Positions 20,638-24,000 of a stretch of 24,000 nucleotides of DNA are shown piece after piece (the stretch's first letter is position 1; each line of letters starts with the position of its first letter). The notes below the pieces were generated by a model. It ran no database searches. It was given only the letters and a program-made list of their open reading frames with translations, and was not told where the DNA came from. Source of the stretch: Candidatus Saccharimonadales bacterium (lineage in GTDB: Bacteria; Patescibacteriota; Saccharimonadia; Saccharimonadales; Saccharimonadaceae); contig JBAQIV010000048.1 of the NCBI GenBank assembly GCA_049289035.1, positions 1-24,000 on the forward strand, given 5' to 3'. The position numbers and the translations under genes were made by a program.

Positions 20638-22763
20638 GACAGCTTCTCCAGCGGCGCAAACGCAACATTGAGTTTTTTGACACCTTTGCCACGAAACGCC
20701 ACTGTCACCACCGTGCCGTCGATGTGCGTCACTAGCCCCTGTCCAAATACCCGGTGCGCCACACGGTCGCCCACCGCCAGATCAAGCTGATCATCCACCT
20801 CATAATGCACTTCGTTCTCTGTTCGTTTTACCCCATATTGCATGGTCGGAGCAATTTCAGTCACTTCTATTTCGCTCAGAAAGCGCGATGGCGGGTTGTA
20901 CTGTGTGCTACCAAAAATCATGCGGCTACTGGCTGAACTTAGGTATAATTCCTCGCGCGCCCGTGTCATGCCGACATAGCATAGACGGCGTTCTTCTTCC
21001 ATTTGCTCCGGCTCGTAGAGTGCCCGAGTATGCGGAAAGATAGTCTCTTCCATGCCGATCATAAACACCACCGGAAATTCTAGGCCTTTAGCGGCATGCA
21101 GCGTCATAAGCGTAATTGCGTCTTGCGTGCTATCGCTCATGTCGAGGTCGGAGATAAGTGAAATTTCCTCGAGGTAACTCGGTACGTCTAGGTCGGCGCG
21201 CTCACGAGCATCGCTGACGAGTTCGCGTACGTTACCCTGGCGGTCTTCAGCTTGTGGCGTGCCATCGTCGAGGTGATCGAGATATTTAAACCGTTTGATG
21301 ATGAGTTCGCACATATCGGCAAGATTGGTGGTGGGCATTTCGCGCTGTAAGGAGGTGAGGGCCTCGCCCAGTTCGCGCAGTGCCGTCTTGGCCCGTGGCG
21401 TCAACGGTGTGCATAGATCGACCGAATTCATAGCCGTAATCAAGTCCATATCAGTTTGTGATTGCCAACCCAGAAACTTTTCGACACTGGTTGCGCCCAG
21501 ACCGCGCGTCGGCACGTTGACAATGCGCGCAAAACTAGGACGGTCATGCGGCTGGTAAAGGAGTCTTAGATACGCGATGATATCTTTGATTTCCTTGCGA
21601 TCATAAAACCGCATGCCACCGACAATTCGGTACGGGACCCCGTAGCGAATACACATCTCCTCGACAGCCCGCGACTGAGCGTTGGTACGGTACAGTACAG
21701 CATAGTGCTGAAACCGCCGTACACCTCGCTCGACATCGCTTTTTATCCGCGTGACGACACTTTCGGCTTCTTGTAGCTCTGAGCCGGTGTACATTACCTG
21801 CACCGGCAAGCCGCCAGTCTTATCTGTAAATAGACGCTTGTCAATTCGGCGTGTATTTTTTTCAATCACATTTTGTGCAGCATCTAGGATAGGCTGCGTG
21901 CTGCGATAATTTTGCTCGAGCTTGACAACGACTGCTCCTTGATGGTCTCGTTCAAAATTGAGTATATTGGTAAAATCTGCACCTCTCCAACTGTAAATCG
22001 ATTGCGCGTCGTCACCGACGACGCAGATGTTTTGTGATTCGTTGGTGAGGAGTTTGATCAGGCGGTACTGGGCAGCGTTGGTGTCTTGGTACTCGTCAAT
22101 CAATATATACTGAAAGCGTTTACGCCACACGGCGAGTAGTTCGTCAGATGAGCGCAGTAGTCGGACCGCTTCGGCAATGAGATCATCAAAATCAAGTGCG
22201 GCAGTTGATTGAAGGAGTCGCTCGTAAACTGGAAAGACTTCTGCAGCGGCTTTTTGTAATGGTAATTTCGCGAGACTAGCGTACTCTGACGCGCTGACAA
22301 GATCATTTTTGGCGGTACTGATCTGACTCGCGATACCACGCGGGGTATAGGATTTTTCAGAGATACCGAGCTGCTTCATAGCTTGTTTGATCAAACTTAA
22401 GCGATCAGCTTCGTCCAGAATGATGAAGTTTTTAGGTATACCGATATGCTCGCCGTCGAACCGGAGCATACGCACACAAATGGAGTGAAATGTGCCCATC
22501 CAAAACATAAAACTACGGTTTGAGGCATCTTCACCAGTGAGGTGCGCCAGACGTTCGCGCATTTCGCGTGCGGCCTTGTTTGTAAAGGTCACGGCCAGTA
22601 TCGCGCCCGATGGCACGCCCTGTTCGAGTAGGTAGGCTATGCGATGCGTCAATGTCTTGGTTTTTCCCGAACCCGCACCAGCCAATATAAGCAACGGCCC
22701 CGACTCGTGCAAAACGGCCGTTTTTTGTGCATCATTAAGACCAGCGACAATAGAATGAGACAT
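20634..22763 (-). CDS. ATP-dependent DNA helicase, UvrD/PcrA family (SF1)
   Basis: 709-aa ORF. Motif I AGAGSGKT, motif Ia TFTNKAAREM, motif II ILIDEYQDTN, motif III VVGDDAQSIYSWRGA, LEQNYRS and motif VI VGMTRAREEL are present. The C-terminal tail is Tudor-like (VGDRVAHRVFGQGLV). Confidence 0.92.
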   Translation of the reverse strand: MSHSIVAGLNDAQKTAVLHESGPLLILAGAGSGKTKTLTHRIAYLLEQGVPSGAILAVTFTNKAAREMRERLAHLTGEDASNRSFMFWMGTFHSICVRMLRFDGEHIGIPKNFIILDEADRLSLIKQAMKQLGISEKSYTPRGIASQISTAKNDLVSASEYASLAKLPLQKAAAEVFPVYERLLQSTAALDFDDLIAEAVRLLRSSDELLAVWRKRFQYILIDEYQDTNAAQYRLIKLLTNESQNICVVGDDAQSIYSWRGADFTNILNFERDHQGAVVVKLEQNYRSTQPILDAAQNVIEKNTRRIDKRLFTDKTGGLPVQVMYTGSELQEAESVVTRIKSDVERGVRRFQHYAVLYRTNAQSRAVEEMCIRYGVPYRIVGGMRFYDRKEIKDIIAYLRLLYQPHDRPSFARIVNVPTRGLGATSVEKFLGWQSQTDMDLITAMNSVDLCTPLTPRAKTALRELGEALTSLQREMPTTNLADMCELIIKRFKYLDHLDDGTPQAEDRQGNVRELVSDARERADLDVPSYLEEISLISDLDMSDSTQDAITLMTLHAAKGLEFPVVFMIGMEETIFPHTRALYEPEQMEEERRLCYVGMTRAREELYLSSASSRMIFGSTQYNPPSRFLSEIEVTEIAPTMQYGVKRTENEVHYEVDDQLDLAVGDRVAHRVFGQGLVTHIDGTVVTVAFRGKGVKKLNVAFAPLEKLS

Positions 22764-22791
22764 ATCTACACTCTATTGTAGACCAAAGTTG

Positions 22792-24000
22792 CTACTGTTG
22801 ACCGTATAGAAAATACAACACGCCAAGAACCGAGCCAGTCAAGAACAATACGCCAGCTATTATAAACCAGACGACCTTCGAGACACCGTGTTTGGCAGCA
22901 CCAGCCTCGAGCGGCTTGTGATAGGTATCGGCGTCGAAGACTGGGTGTGACTGTGTATCGGTTTTCTCTTCTGCAGCGCGGTACTGTGGTGCAATCGAGG
23001 TTGCAGCAGTTGGGGTTTTGGCTGGAGCATCGGCCGGCTTACTGTCTGATTCTGCTGGCACTGCTTCACCAACTGTTTCGTTAGCTTCTACAGCCATGAT
23101 CTCTTCGCCAAATTCTTTTGGCATCGCTGCTGGTGGCATGTCCGATGGTGCGCTCAAGGTGTCAGATGCAGGTGTCGAAGCGTCGGCATTGAGCGGGCGT
23201 TTTTCAACTGGTACATCAGGTATAAATGGCGTTTGGTGTGATGTCGGCACTGTCGGTTCAGTTGTTTCACTTGGTTCTGGGGTCGCTTCAGACATGGTGG
23301 CGTCAGAGGGTTGTTCGGGTGTTTCGAGACCATGCTCAGCCAGGCTAGGTTCAGCTTCTTCAGTCATGACGTCACCGTCTGCCGGCTGGTCGTCAGGGCT
23401 ATCAGAAATAGACGCATCGGTCGGTGATGGCTCTACCTCTTCATCTACCATATTTGGCATATCTGGCGAGGTGACGGTCTCAGTCGCACCATCACTGATG
23501 GGGGCTTCTTCTTCAACTTTAAAGTCAGCTGAGGGTGCCAAAGCAACGCCACTCCGAGTTGGCATAGGCCGTGGCGTCATATCGGTATGACCAGCAGGTG
23601 GTACGACGTCCATAAATCGACCTCGTTTGTGAGGAATGGTGTCAACTTTGACAAGTTCAGCCTCTGGAGCTTCCATAAGCGTATTTTCTTGCTCGGGAGT
23701 TGTGGTAACTGGTTGCTTAGCCGGTTCTTCAACTACAGGAGAACTTTGGTCAAGTGACTCATCAGTCGTCTCATGGCTTTCTTCATGAAATGCGTCGAGA
23801 GTTGGCACGGCGGGCAAATCTTCTGGGGTCAATGCAGCATCGACTGTAGACTCTGGCGTAGTAGACTGCTCGGGTTCAAGTGAAACAGGAGGCTCATCGA
23901 TAACCGACTGCTCTGGTTCGGTAATCGGTGGCAGCACTGGAGCCGATGAAGTGTCGTCGGTAGCATCTGTCACAGCACTATCACCTGGTTCATCACTCTG
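22792..24000 (-). CDS. Highly acidic Pro/Thr/Glu/Asp-rich protein with a C-terminal TM anchor (5' end not determined)
   Basis: Stop at 22792. The C-terminal hydrophobic helix is VVWFIIAGVLFLTGSVLGVLYFLY. The rest is low-complexity and acidic. The nearest in-window start is GTG 23973, but the frame stays open with the same composition (QSDEPGDSA) to the window edge. Confidence 0.6.
   Translation of the reverse strand, partial: QSDEPGDSAVTDATDDTSSAPVLPPITEPEQSVIDEPPVSLEPEQSTTPESTVDAALTPEDLPAVPTLDAFHEESHETTDESLDQSSPVVEEPAKQPVTTTPEQENTLMEAPEAELVKVDTIPHKRGRFMDVVPPAGHTDMTPRPMPTRSGVALAPSADFKVEEEAPISDGATETVTSPDMPNMVDEEVEPSPTDASISDSPDDQPADGDVMTEEAEPSLAEHGLETPEQPSDATMSEATPEPSETTEPTVPTSHQTPFIPDVPVEKRPLNADASTPASDTLSAPSDMPPAAMPKEFGEEIMAVEANETVGEAVPAESDSKPADAPAKTPTAATSIAPQYRAAEEKTDTQSHPVFDADTYHKPLEAGAAKHGVSKVVWFIIAGVLFLTGSVLGVLYFLYGQQ

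Noticed and set aside
23018-23590. 190-aa Ser/Gly-rich plus-strand ORF
   Set aside because: It is the mirror image of the Glu/Pro/Thr-rich minus-strand gene. The minus frame is longer, ends in a TM anchor and matches the orientation of every other gene here. It remains unproven without expression data.

Overview
All 21 protein-coding genes I can support in this 24-kb window lie on the minus strand. They are tightly packed, with many 4-nt ATGA-type start/stop overlaps, and I found no rRNA, tRNA or CRISPR array. Most are housekeeping genes: an ABC exporter, mltG, ruvX, ftsA-like, alaS, mnmA, a DUF218 protein, a cysteine desulfurase, a TatD-family hydrolase, metG, DedA, a YfiH/PgeF-like protein, rsmA/ksgA, a DUF348-G5 cell-wall hydrolase, a Nudix hydrolase and a UvrD/PcrA helicase. 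The gene content points to a reduced-genome, Gram-positive-like bacterium, possibly CPR/Saccharibacteria-like. This is inference only, based on a short AlaRS, Firmicute-like synteny (cysteine desulfurase-mnmA ... alaS-ruvX-mltG) and about 45-50% GC. Six observations stand out. (1) A 109-nt near-perfect palindrome is translated in-frame inside the tatD-family gene. (2) alaS and rsmA each carry a comparable ~100-nt hairpin-rich in-frame extra segment. (3) An IS200/RAYT-type HUH tyrosine transposase gene is bracketed by two 54-58-nt REPIN-like palindromes. (4) An in-frame TAA replaces the conserved Glu of the AlaRS editing-site motif, and the reading frame stays conserved after it. (5) A GC3-rich single-gene cassette sits between rsmA and the pgeF-like gene with its own consensus promoter and terminator. 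(6) Several transcription-unit-initial genes have a -10-like hexamer only 6-11 nt upstream of the start codon and no Shine-Dalgarno sequence. All calls are from reading the sequence and remembered family motifs; no searches were run.
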